From Lingula anatina (taxonomy: Eukaryota > Animalia > Brachiopoda), in the NCBI GenBank assembly GCA_051362555.1, contig CM120641.1:47064401-47128400 (forward strand): a stretch of 64,000 nt of DNA, in the 5' to 3' direction. Position numbers and translations under genes: made by a program. Under the pieces are notes generated by a model, which worked only from the letters and a program-made list of their open reading frames with translations, did not search any database and was not told where the DNA came from. Below, piece after piece: positions 11,061-21,978 of this stretch. The first letter of the stretch is position 1; every line of letters starts with the position of its first letter.

Positions 11061-13634
11061 TAGGGGTGGGCAAATGACAAAATTTTTTTAAAACAGGCCA
11101 TTTTTGCTGCTGAACACAAATCTGACAATATTTTTTACCAAAGCTAAAGATTTATATTGGTATCTGCTATTTGTTTGTGAAAAAAGGCAGGAAATGGCTT
11201 TTTGGCCATATTTTCACAGTAAAGTACATAAAAATTATGTGTAATATGTCTTTCTATATGTTTTGAGGGTTGGTGAGTTCAAATATGAGCATATTCAAGA
11301 CATTGACAATATTGTTAGGGTGACATCTGTAAAAATATGTTATTTAAAACAAACATATATATAAAATACACACTTCGAGCCTAAGATAAATATAAATAAT
11401 GGCCATTATGTACATACTGAATTCATGGATTACAGTTTGGTATAAAAACAATGCTGAAAATACCTTCATGGATGTGTACCAACAAATTTTATGCTGTATA
11501 ATTTTCCTTTTCTTAAGAACAGGTAACACTTTGTCAGGTGACATCAACCTCTTACAACCTCTAAGCTCTTGACCTTGGAATAGTACTTAGTTTCAGTTGC
11601 GTAGTTTAAGAGTATCTCACCACCACCATGAAAGCATCAACAAGAAATACACTGAAACCAGAAGGCACTGTAACTTAAGCCCCCTGTCACACTTATTTGG
11701 AATCTGAAGTAATCAAGCAGAATGAGCCATAATGAAGAATTTTCAAAATTCATGCCACATTCGTTGGGTAATATCAAATTGACCTTAATTCCAGTAAGAA
11801 TACCTCAGAATGCGCTTCGAACCCACCTGGAATGCTTTGTGCACATTTCGGTTTATTGTATTAGCTCTCAAATGCAGCTTGAATGTAGTTGGAACACATT
11901 AGGAATGTCGTTAATGCTGTCTAAATATAGTGAGAATATTAAGAATGCACTTCAAATGCCATACAAGTGTGGTTTCATTGCTGGCTGAATTCCGGCCTGC
12001 AATCAAGATGCATTCGAGTTGCATTCCTGCTCATTTGAGGCACAATGTGAAACATTCTGACAAGATTTGAATCGCCTTGCCATTTCGGTTCTCCCTCAAA
12101 TATGATCAAAATGTTTCGAATGCTGTTGGAATTTCGTAAGAATCTTAAGAATGCGCTCATAGTGGAGTCAGAATACACTTGAATGCCATTCGATATTTTT
12201 CCACTTGGAATGCACTTCAAAAGTTTTGAGAATGAACAAAACATTTTAACAGGATGCAAGAATGGACCCAAACATTTAGAATGCGCTTAGAATTTTTAGA
12301 TACTTATAATATCCAGGAATAAACAAGAAATTTTCATTCCGACTACATTCTAGCTCATTCTGCCTCTAGTGTGACTAGGTTATAAATGAAGACAATAAGG
12401 ATATTGTCACTGTTCACCCAAAACTCCTTATTTACTGCCTCACATTCATTCTTTTCGGTGATAAATAAATTTTCAGTGTTCAGTGATTACATTAATTAAC
12501 ATTTACACATGTCATCTTACGGGTGACGGCATTATTGCAGTTTGGGGGTAAAAACTGAAAAATCGGTTTCTCAAATTTCTGTTTTACATGAACACCCATG
12601 ATCACTATTTCAAAGCCAATTAAATGACACCATTTAGTACCCCAAAACCCTGCCAGTGATTTTTTTAAAGCCTTAGTTCAGATTTGATCGTTGATAAAGC
12701 AAAATAATACCTTTGTTTTTAGAAGATCTCTCATTACGGACTCATAACTCAATAACAAAAGCATTTAAACCAAAACGTTGGCATGGGATTGTAGCTCATG
12801 CCCTTGTGGTCCATTTGCCAATTTTCGTGATAAAATTTTGTTCAGGGATGAAGTTAAGCCCCATATGGATTGCTAACTTATCTCAAAAAAGAAAGCTGTT
12901 AAATAGATGATTAAAGCTTTGAGTTGCTTATGCTTATACGTTGCAACGAAAAAATATAAACGCCGATATTTCATATTTTCAAGAGTTTTTTCACTGTTTC
13001 AAAGCAGCACAAAGACAGATACATTATTGAATAATTAGATGCAGGAAAAAACTCATTTTCGGTATCTGGATGGTAATAAAGAGTAACGATATCCTTAATG
13101 CTCTGCTACTGAGTGTTCTACTGTAAATATTCCCGTATGTAACTAACATTATGCCTATTCTATATGTCAAAACTTTTCAGTTTTACGTGATTCTTGAACA
13201 ATATTGACCATATTTGTTGTATTATTGTTTTTCCTAATTTAAAAGCCACAGTTGCACATAAACATCTGATTTATGTACACAGAAATGGTGATTTTGGGGT
13301 GATTTTTACCTCAAAGTGACCAAAAAATCCTCTTTTTAACCCAAAATGAAGTCACCCAACCGAAATGATGTATCTATTTGCGCTCATTGATCATGAAATC
13401 ATATGGTTAGACATATAACAAGCCATCTTTGAACTGATATTTAAAGATTTACATGAGAAATATGTGATTTGAGGGAGCGTTTGGTGGCCATTTTGAAAAA
13501 TCACTTGATACCAATATCAGATGTAATTTAAAATGAAAATACTTATTAGATTTGTATTCAGCAGACAAAATGGCCATAGAATCCACTTGTCTGAAATTAA
13601 ATTTCCCAAAAAAGCTTTCATTTGCCCACCCCTA
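11061..13634. mobile_element. Non-autonomous TIR DNA transposon with 7-bp TSD (hAT-related, possibly hATw-type)
   Basis: Perfect 17-bp TIR TAGGGGTGGGCAAATGA at 11061 and TCATTTGCCCACCCCTA ending at 13634. Direct repeat CCTATAT flanks both ends (11054-11060 and 13635-13641). No transposase ORF is visible. Confidence 0.85.
11678..12381. mobile_element. PIF/Harbinger-like MITE nested in the 7-bp-TSD element
   Basis: Termini AGCCCCCTGTCACACT...AGTGTGACTAGGTT, preceded by TTA. The interior is saturated with GAATG/CATTC short repeats. Confidence 0.6.
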
Positions 13635-13698
13635 CCTATATGTTTAAAAAAATTGAATACAACGAAGAATTCATTCAATTTTTTATTATCATATATAT

Positions 13699-13737
<39 letters not shown>

Positions 13738-13789
13738 TTTTAAATATTTCAGCATGTGAAATGCACCTCTATATTGGCTTTGGGTACTA

Positions 13790-14040
13790 AGATCCCATTC
13801 AGATAGACATACATCGTACTAGTTGGGTCAGTCCAACTCTGCGGGGGATTCTTGCTAAGTGCAATCGGTAAAATCAGCTAAATTTTCTGACATAGGCCGA
13901 GCGAACACGAAGTTTATTTACCCCCTAGCTGCTCGAGGTGGTGTGTAATTCAGTTAAACCGATTAAAATTTAGCAAAAGCCCCTGCAGAGTTGTGCCGAG
14001 CCAACTAGTAGGCCTACGATTTGTCTATCTGGATGTTCCT
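13790..14040. mobile_element. Palindromic MITE, family A
   Basis: agatagaca...ctagttgg...aactctgcgggg pairs with cccctgcagagtt...ccaactag...tgtctatct. Confidence 0.75.
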
Positions 14041-14366
14041 TAATAGGCCTAATATCTTTCAGAGTATGTAAATGTGTGCCTTTTAACCGAAAAAAAAGCG
14101 CTCTAAACATGTTCATGTCACAGGGCTAAGAACGTAAACCATGTATTAAGCCCCTACTGTGGGAACGTTTCACCAGTGTCGCTTTTAAGATTAAAATATA
14201 GGCAGACAGCACAGCGGACCAAAGCATGTAGGCCTAATATTTGTAAATGCAGCTGTTTCTTTAATTTTTTCTGTTCGTTATTTATTTATTTTCATTCATT
14301 TCTGAACAAAATTTTTTAGACTTTTAAGAGATGTAGGCTAACAGTCGTTTTCTTCACGTGACCCCT

Positions 14367-14487
14367 GCCCACACACCCACGCCCACTCAGACACACGCAC
14401 GCACACGCCCACTCAGACACACGCACGCACACGCCCACTCAGACACACGCACGCACACGCCCACTCAGACACACGCACACACACACT
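14367..14487. repeat. 26-bp minisatellite (cacgcccactcagacacacgcacgca), about 4 copies
   Basis: Direct read of tandem units. Confidence 0.9.
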
Positions 14488-14607
14488 TATAATCTGGGTG
14501 GTGGGGGAAAAAACAGGCAAAATGCAACTCCACTGATTCATTTAACGTAACTGAAAATAATCATATAACAGTAAATAGTCACACGTGTGCATTAAGTGCT
14601 GATTTAA

Positions 14608-16202
14608 GGGGTCTAGGATATTAAAAATACGTCTAAAACTCGATTTTTAGTTTTTTATACGTTAGAAATAATCAATTTTGTATCTAATACTCAATTAAGT
14701 TATATTTGTGAAACACGGACTAAAAATAAACATTTGGACGAGTTTTTCTACCTGTCCTGACTGGTACGGGTGGCAGGCTTTAGGCTCCGCCTCCGTTGTC
14801 AAGCACCGTCACTATGGTGAGGCGGGGCAGGAATGGTTGTCTAACTTCTTAAGCTGTTACGCGTGCCCTGGCAGCTCATAAGTCTTACGTCAGCTAAGCA
14901 GAACACAGTTATATAAACAGTCATGGGAAGAAAGAAAGTCGTGAGAAAACGGATGAGCGAGGAAAGCAAGAGAATTTTGAAAGAGAGTGTACGATATATT
15001 AAATTTTCTCCTATAGCGTCTAAATCACGTCTAGGTCCACTCGAGATCACACTTGAACTGCTGAGTATTCGTACAACGTCTGGGGTTGTCAGAAAAAAAA
15101 TCGTTAGGCAATCATTTTATGCACAATAAAGATTGTAATAGCAAGCAAGTTTTTTAGTAATATTGCCACCCAAAACATTATCAAATTCGCATATTACGGT
15201 CTTGGCACTCTGTGGCATCATGGCATATGCGTACCCACATTCGGCCATTTCTCGGAGTAAATCTTGCTTTGCTTTCTCAATTTTCGCGTCTTGGCGTGTA
15301 GAGCGGCGTCCACGCACGACGGGTGGCAAATTTCCTCTGCTGGCACACCAAGTGATCCTCTTTTTGTTTGTAAGCGCTTCCTTAGACACTTCCTAGACAG
15401 TGCACAGACTCCTACTGCGTCAGGCACAATTATGATTAATTACGTCAGTGAAACGAGAGAAGGTAGACCTACTCAGCTGTCAATCATTTCTCAGCGAAGA
15501 GCGGCTTTCGTGATACGAATAAGTTTGCGTACAAAAGTAAGATTTTCTGGCATCTAGATAGAAACAAACAACCCAATTTTAACACGTAATGGTGTATAGA
15601 CCTTCCCGATCAACAAGATGATAACAGGTAAGGTGGAGGTGCAATTATTTTGCTTAAATAGCCCAATTACCTGAGCAAAATGGTTTAGGAGCGATTTCTC
15701 AGCTTTGAAGATTGATAACATAGTCTAAACTTCAATACCCATATCTCATTCTGTAACTGTCAGATTGACATGAAATTTGATGTGTCTCTGTTTCAGTATA
15801 ATATCTAGTCGACTGAGTCTTGGTTTTTGGATTGACCTTTTATTTTTGAAGTTATTAATACTGAAATTGGAAGGTCCATATATATTTCGTAAAATTCACG
15901 TTTTATCAAAATAAAATCAAAAGCAAAAATAAAAAGAGAAAATCCTGACAGAGATCACTGGAGTTTGTGCTAACTTTTAGATAGCTATTTCAATCGTATT
16001 AATAGGGCTTTTTGTTTAAGAGAAATTCTTGATTAAAAAAAGGACAATTTTAGCCTCAAAACGCTGATATTACGTCACTCGTGTTACACTGTGACTACAA
16101 ACTTTGAAAAATTGTTTGGCTTGCCAGACCTTATCTTTAAGTTAATAGGAAATTTCATTAGCTGCATTAGTTTTGGAGTTTTTTGTTAATATCCAAGATC
16201 CC
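14608..16202. mobile_element. Kolobok-like DNA transposon derivative
   Basis: TTAA on both sides (14604-14607 and 16203-16206). Imperfect TIR GGGGTCTAGGATATTAA / TTAATATCCAAGATCCC. RR...YY termini with a TTAA TSD is the Kolobok pattern (piggyBac has YY...RR). The CpG-rich interior has short ORF remnants (14923-15129 +, 15117-15389 -). Confidence 0.7.
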
Positions 16203-16209
16203 TTAATAG

Positions 16210-16400
16210 TGTTGGACTCTCATACGCACTGTGCACGCTGCGCCATCTATAGTTGTCTATCTGTCAAAAAGCAGTGCTTAAAACACGAGAGCGCATCACG
16301 AAGTCAACCCGACTGTCGGGAGTAAGCATTGTCACCTAGGAAGATAACTCGCTCATTCATAATATTACACCAATACATCGATTAACATTTCAGGGTAGAC
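16210..16400 (+). promoter_or_regulatory. Probable promoter and non-coding first exon of the endonuclease IV gene
   Basis: CpG-rich patch with a YY1-like GCGCCATCT at about 16240 and a candidate donor GTAAGC at 16322. An acceptor ttttgtag at 17071 lies just upstream of the ATG. Confidence 0.4.
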
Positions 16401-17093
16401 CACAAACGATTTTACCCGCACCTGTTATAACTCGATCTAGCAAAGTCTAATGTGTAATTTAGTAGTACAAGTACTTGAGTATTTTCTGTATGATTAAATG
16501 CATGGGAATTTATTTCAGACTGGCGCAATTTTAGTTAATTTTATTGATAACAGTTAGTGTTATATTAAAAAATTATGCTATGTTTAGATTAAGGCTTATT
16601 AAACTTCCATCACCTATAAATAATTTTGAAGTACTGGTAGATGAATGAATGGATGATGCAGCGAATTAAATTGACACTGAGTATATTAATTTAATTGGCA
16701 AAAGTGTCAAATGGCAAAAGTGCAAGTAATCAAAGTCTGCCTTAGTATTCCCTCCAGTGATCAGTGCACCCATTAAGTTAAAGATATGTGTACTACTACA
16801 TGTGCTTGCACTGTGTTCTAGTACAACTTGAATAGTAACAAGTCTGTTCTATTCTCTACTGCATTGCAAGTTAAATTGATCCTGGCCCTTGTATTACTGG
16901 GGGTGCATTCTAGTAAAAACTATTTGCAGAAAGTAATGATGCATACTTTGTTGTAAAGAACAGTAAACTTTCCTTTTAATAATAAGATTTAGTAACAATC
17001 TGTCTTATTTCTACACAATTTAAATCCAGACTTTGAGGCATGTCATACATGTTTTGCATATATTTTTGTAGGCTGTGAGAAGTGCTCTGCATC

Positions 17094-20000
17094 ATGCCCA
17101 AGAAAAAATCAAGTGAACCTAGGAGCAGCCCTCCTAAAAAGAAACAAAAATTAGATCAACCAAGTAGTTCAAGGAAATCAGGAAAGCCATCTTCCTCAGG
17201 GATAAATAGGAAGTCACCAGTAAAGAAAAATACAGTCAAAAAGGAGGCTGAAACAATGAAAACTGTGGCTTCAGGCAGAAATACTTTTAAAAAGTTTGTT
17301 GGAGCTCATGTTTCTATTGCAGGTACAAGTGTATTTCTGAAATATACTGCTATCAGTTAATAAAATTTCTATTCAATGATTTTTAAAATTTTAAAATCAT
17401 CTTCATCTTTGTGAATTTCAGTGCATTGAATACACAAAATTTATTTATTAAAATAATCCAGGTGGATTGCACAAGGCCGTTGAAAATGCTGTAGATATTG
17501 GAGCTGAGGCCATTGGAATGTTTCTGAAATCCCAGAGGCAATGGGCTAGTAAGCCACTAGATGACAAGGCAGCGGAAAAATTTAGAGAATCCTGTGAGGT
17601 GAGAAAATTGGGTGAATACATTCAGTAAATGAATAAATAAACTAAATATTGATATATAGAATATACTGTTATGAATCATTACTGTTACTCTGGTGACTTT
17701 TATTGTAATTAGCCAATTTCAACAAAATGTGTCTTTAATGAAGATTTGGTTGTCAAACTTGGAAAAGAAAATTATATGCTCCAAAAAAGCTTGTCATGGC
17801 TTATTTAAAAAAAAACCGCAGCTAGTATATTGGGATAAACAAAACAGGATGAAATGTGAAAAGCAAAAAAGAAAAAAAAACATCAAAATAAGTTGATTGC
17901 ATGAAATACCATGATTGCATGAAGCATTATATACTATTCTGAAGGAACACCAATTCCCACCACACCTGATCCTCCCCCATGGCTCCTACCTGCTGAACTG
18001 TGGCTCTCCCAACCCAGACACCCTCCAGAAGAGCAGAGAGTCTCTGATAGATGAGCTACGGCGATGTGAGAAACTGGGCTTGTCTCTGTATAACTTTCAC
18101 CCTGGGTCCACGTGTGGAGAGATCAGTGTGGAGCAATGCCTGGACCGGATAGCCACCAGCATTAACCAGGCACATAGGAAGACCAAGTATGTTATCACAG
18201 GTAATAACTGAGCTACCAGTGGTATTGTGTGTGTATTCCAGACACATGGGGGAGACTGCCTGTCCAACCAGTCTTGACCGCTTTAAATGCCAGAGGATGG
18301 GGCCCGTAGCAATACAGTAGTCCAAAGGTTCATTGGTCCAAATGTTCGCTATAGAACCTTAAGACCAATGAACCCTTGATTAAAAAAAACGATGAAAATG
18401 TTGCCATTTTTCACACCAATGAACCTTTGGAGTATTGCGATGCCCTCCGGAGGACAGGCAAAACCTCGATAGCACAAGTCCTCTGGACTGAGAAGGTTCA
18501 ATATGTGAAAAAACAAAACATAATGATAAATCACTTGTAAGCATAGAGTTATAAAGATTATATAATATTACCCAGTTTTGACCTGCACTGAATAAGGAGG
18601 ACCTGCAGCAGGCCTGAATTAAGCCAACAAGGGGGATTCTTTTTCTGAAAAATGGAACTTTTACCATATGAAACTTCCTTGTACTTAGATAAAAAATTTT
18701 CCCACAGGAGAGACCATTTACCAGCAAAAAGGGGGGTTCTTTTTCCCGACAGTTACAGCATGTACAGATAATTGTTTAATATCATTCATACAGGTGATGA
18801 TAGATATATTTGAAATGTGAATGGTGAACCAACATATATACATAAGGATGAAAAGCTGTAAAATTGAACAATTTGAATTTTTTTTATTCATGCATATATA
18901 GCATTTTGTGTGTCATGTTTCGATACGTATAAGGCTGTATTCCCAGAGCTTTTAGATTGATCTATCCCCGAGGGGAGTCTCACTAGATTACTGTCAGATA
19001 ATCCAGCTTAAATGTCCGTCCCGCCTACTACAAGCTGTAAGGGGGTGATTAACTTTTGTGTCCGCTCGGCTGACAGTTATTTAGCGTGAACCCCCAGGGA
19101 GTTAGGTCGATCTAAAGTAGATCGATCTAATCTCTGGAAATGGGTTCTAAGATTACTCTAATATATGACATCCCTTAATTTCAGTGATTGAAAATATGTG
19201 TGGCCAGGGGAACACAATTGGAGGCAGTTTTGAAGAGTTGCGTGGCATCATTGACAGAGTGGAGGACAAGGCGAGGGTTGGGGTGTGTCTGGACACCTGC
19301 CATGCTTTTGCTGCAGGTAAGTGTTGTAATTAATCAGTAATATCATCTAGGCTGTTATCAGGTGCCATGTGTTGGTGAGGTAACCTGTAACAGTGCTTTA
19401 TATATGCATCCAACAGTTTCTGTTCTTAACACGAGCTGTGCAAGTTATTCATGATTCCAGTGTCTGTATTTTAACACTTTACTGTATATTAAAGAAAGAA
19501 ATTAGCTTTAAGGTGTTCTAAATGAAATTCATCTGTGTGGTAGCTTTAAAAAGCTCTGTAAGATATAGCTCCAATTTGGTGTAGAAAATGGTATGTTAAA
19601 TCTAATAACATGAACTTTAATGTGTGGTGAAATCAACAGATTCCAATATGTACTAAGTCTTATTGCTCTACTTTATTAAAAGTATAAAAAGTTGCACTAT
19701 CTATCAGTAATTATTCTTTCCTCCCAGGTTATGATCTGAACACAGCTCAGGGCTTTCACAGAATGATGGAAGAGTTTAAGAAAATAATTGGTTTCAAGTA
19801 CCTGAAGGCTTTGCATGTCAATGATTCTAAAGGCAAGTACAAGAACATGTTTACGTGGAAGAACATGTTTTTTTTCGGTACATTCACATGTAAAAAATTA
19901 ATGTGAAATTAATTATTTTTGAAGAAATGATTATTTTTTAACTGTTACACTCCAGGCTTCATAATTAAGTTGACATATTATTGAACAGGTCACCTTTTTA

Positions 20001-20422
20001 AAAGCATTATATATGAGATTTTTGCGCAAATCTAATTAAAATCTTCCTCAAGAAAAAAAGGGTATTTCTTCCTAATGGAGTAATTTGCCTTCACTTGGAT
20101 TCAATGTTTTGCACCATTATTAATTTTAAAAGTAACTTAGTTCTAAATGGATCACGGTTTATTTAAACAGTCATCTACATTCATTTTTTGTACATTTATT
20201 AAGCATTTCATTTAATTTGACAGTTCTTTTCAACACCCAGGTAAATGTGGCTGCCACCTGGACCGACATGAAAATATTGGTAAAGGCCATATTGGTCTGG
20301 AGGGCTTCAGGAGGTTCATGAATGATCCAAAGTTGAACAACATACCTTTTATATTGGAAACTCCAGAGTGTGACTATGGCAAAGAGATTGACAAGCTTTA
20401 TTCTCTTGTTAAGGGCAAATAG
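17094..20422 (+). CDS. APN1: Endonuclease IV / Apn1-family AP endonuclease (AP endonuclease family 2)
   Basis: Exons 17094-17322, 17462-17598, 17945-18200, 19185-19316, 19728-19832, 20241-20422. Motifs [47 protein letters not shown] and ILETP contain the complete trinuclear metal ligand set of Nfo/Apn1. The basic N-terminal extension includes PPKKKQKL. Confidence 0.95.
18299..18446. mobile_element. Small fold-back MITE in an endonuclease IV intron
   Basis: gcaatac..tccaaaggttcattggt pairs with accaatgaacctttggagtattgc. Flanks ccagagga and ccggagga resemble a degenerate 8-9 bp TSD. Confidence 0.6.
18933..19148. mobile_element. Palindromic MITE, family A
   Basis: ttcccagag...tagattgatcta...gggg pairs with cccc...tagatcgatcta...ctctggaaatggg. 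Confidence 0.7.
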
Positions 20423-20449
20423 CCGTTGTATCACAAAGCAGTGATAGAC

Positions 20450-20845
20450 TGGGTTCCCATAAAGCTATTGTACTAGCAGGATTGATCTTACTCTGAGGGG
20501 ATTTTCACTAAATTGCATTTCATTTAAGCACCTTAAATGTCTGTCATACCCACCAAAGCTGCAAGGGGAGTTAATAACATTCGTGCATGTTTAAACTCAG
20601 GCCCGTAGCCGGGGGGGGGGTTCGGGGGGTTCGAAAGAACCGCCCCTTTTGCTGGGAAAAGGTCCACTCTAGGTAAAATTTGATCTAGGTACATTAAGTT
20701 TTTATGGGAAAAGGTCCACTTTTCAGAAAAAGAACCCCCCTTTTGAAATTGCTAACTACGGGCCTGAAACTAAATGCAATTTAGCGAGAAACCCCTCAGA
20801 GATAGATTGAACCTGCTAGTACAGTAAGGTATGGGAATGGTCCCA
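20450..20845. mobile_element. Family A MITE just downstream of the endonuclease IV stop codon, interrupted by a second element
   Basis: ttcccata...tgtactagcagg...tctgagggg pairs with cccctcaga...cctgctagtaca...tatgggaa. Confidence 0.75.
20598..20766. mobile_element. CAGG-terminus MITE (family B) with 5-bp TSD
   Basis: TIR CAGGCCCGTAG...CTACGGGCCTG, with AAACT directly on both sides. Confidence 0.85.
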
Positions 20846-21978
20846 CAGTGGCAAGCTCAATTACTCATCTTGTTAATACCTTCCTACTTCAGAGATGGCA
20901 TTTTGTGCATGTAACAAGCCAAACAGTACCTGCCAAATAGTATTAGATACTGTGTGAAAGCTTACCGATTTGTATGTTGTTAACAGTTCTGCCATTTCAT
21001 AGTTCAACATTTATTTTTTGTAAGAAAGTTAAGTTGATGGATTTAATAAAAATTATTTTTAATTAATCTGTTGATTCTTTTGTTTTTTATCCGATCTCTC
21101 AGAACTTCCAGGGCACCAAAATGATAAATATGCAGACCCAAGTAAAACTCTCAGCATTCTCTCCTTGCAAGTTTTTTTTTTTATATCAGTTAAGGAACAA
21201 ACCATCAAACCTTTGTTGAAAGACCACGCATTCCTTGTGACTTGCACTGAAAAATCTAGGTTCTTGTGCAGAAAAGAAGTTAAATATTGTTTTGAACTAT
21301 AAAAATATTAATTGTAACCTAGCCAACAAATTGTAGTCCTGAACTGAGGCTAATTATTACTTAAGTTGTCTAAGTAAAAAAATGCTTATAAGTATTTCAT
21401 AACTTTCAATACAACAGGATGTGTTTCCAGTATAATTATATTTATACAGTACATATATATATATATGCTGGTATGACAATTTTCCTCAGGAAAAAAAATT
21501 TTATCAAATAAAAATGATGACAATACAGTGTAGTGAAAAAATCTTGATGATAAAAATTAACAAAGACAATATCCATTTATTAATGTAATTATAATAATAT
21601 TCAATAACCCAGTTAATTCCAAATCAGAATTAGCTTTCAGATACCTATCATGCTTCAACTTAATTTAATATAGCAGGCAGCAGTGAATTGCATTTTCTAA
21701 ATACAAATAGTTAAGTTATCAGACAAGATGTCCTTCCTTCTGCATCTTTTACTGTGCGCTTTACACACTATAATTTTTTCAATAAAAGATCAGCCTCTAT
21801 AACATGAAATCCTAGTTCCCTCTAACACAATCGAGCAAGTAAGAGTGACAATATCACTCAATTGTTTCTTGCAATATTCACAAGTAAGGATAGTGCAGAT
21901 ACTAATTAGATCAGCTGGGGTCAGAAATCTTCTGATATAAATCAATGTTTTTGGAATTGAAATCTCTGTCAGCTGCTG

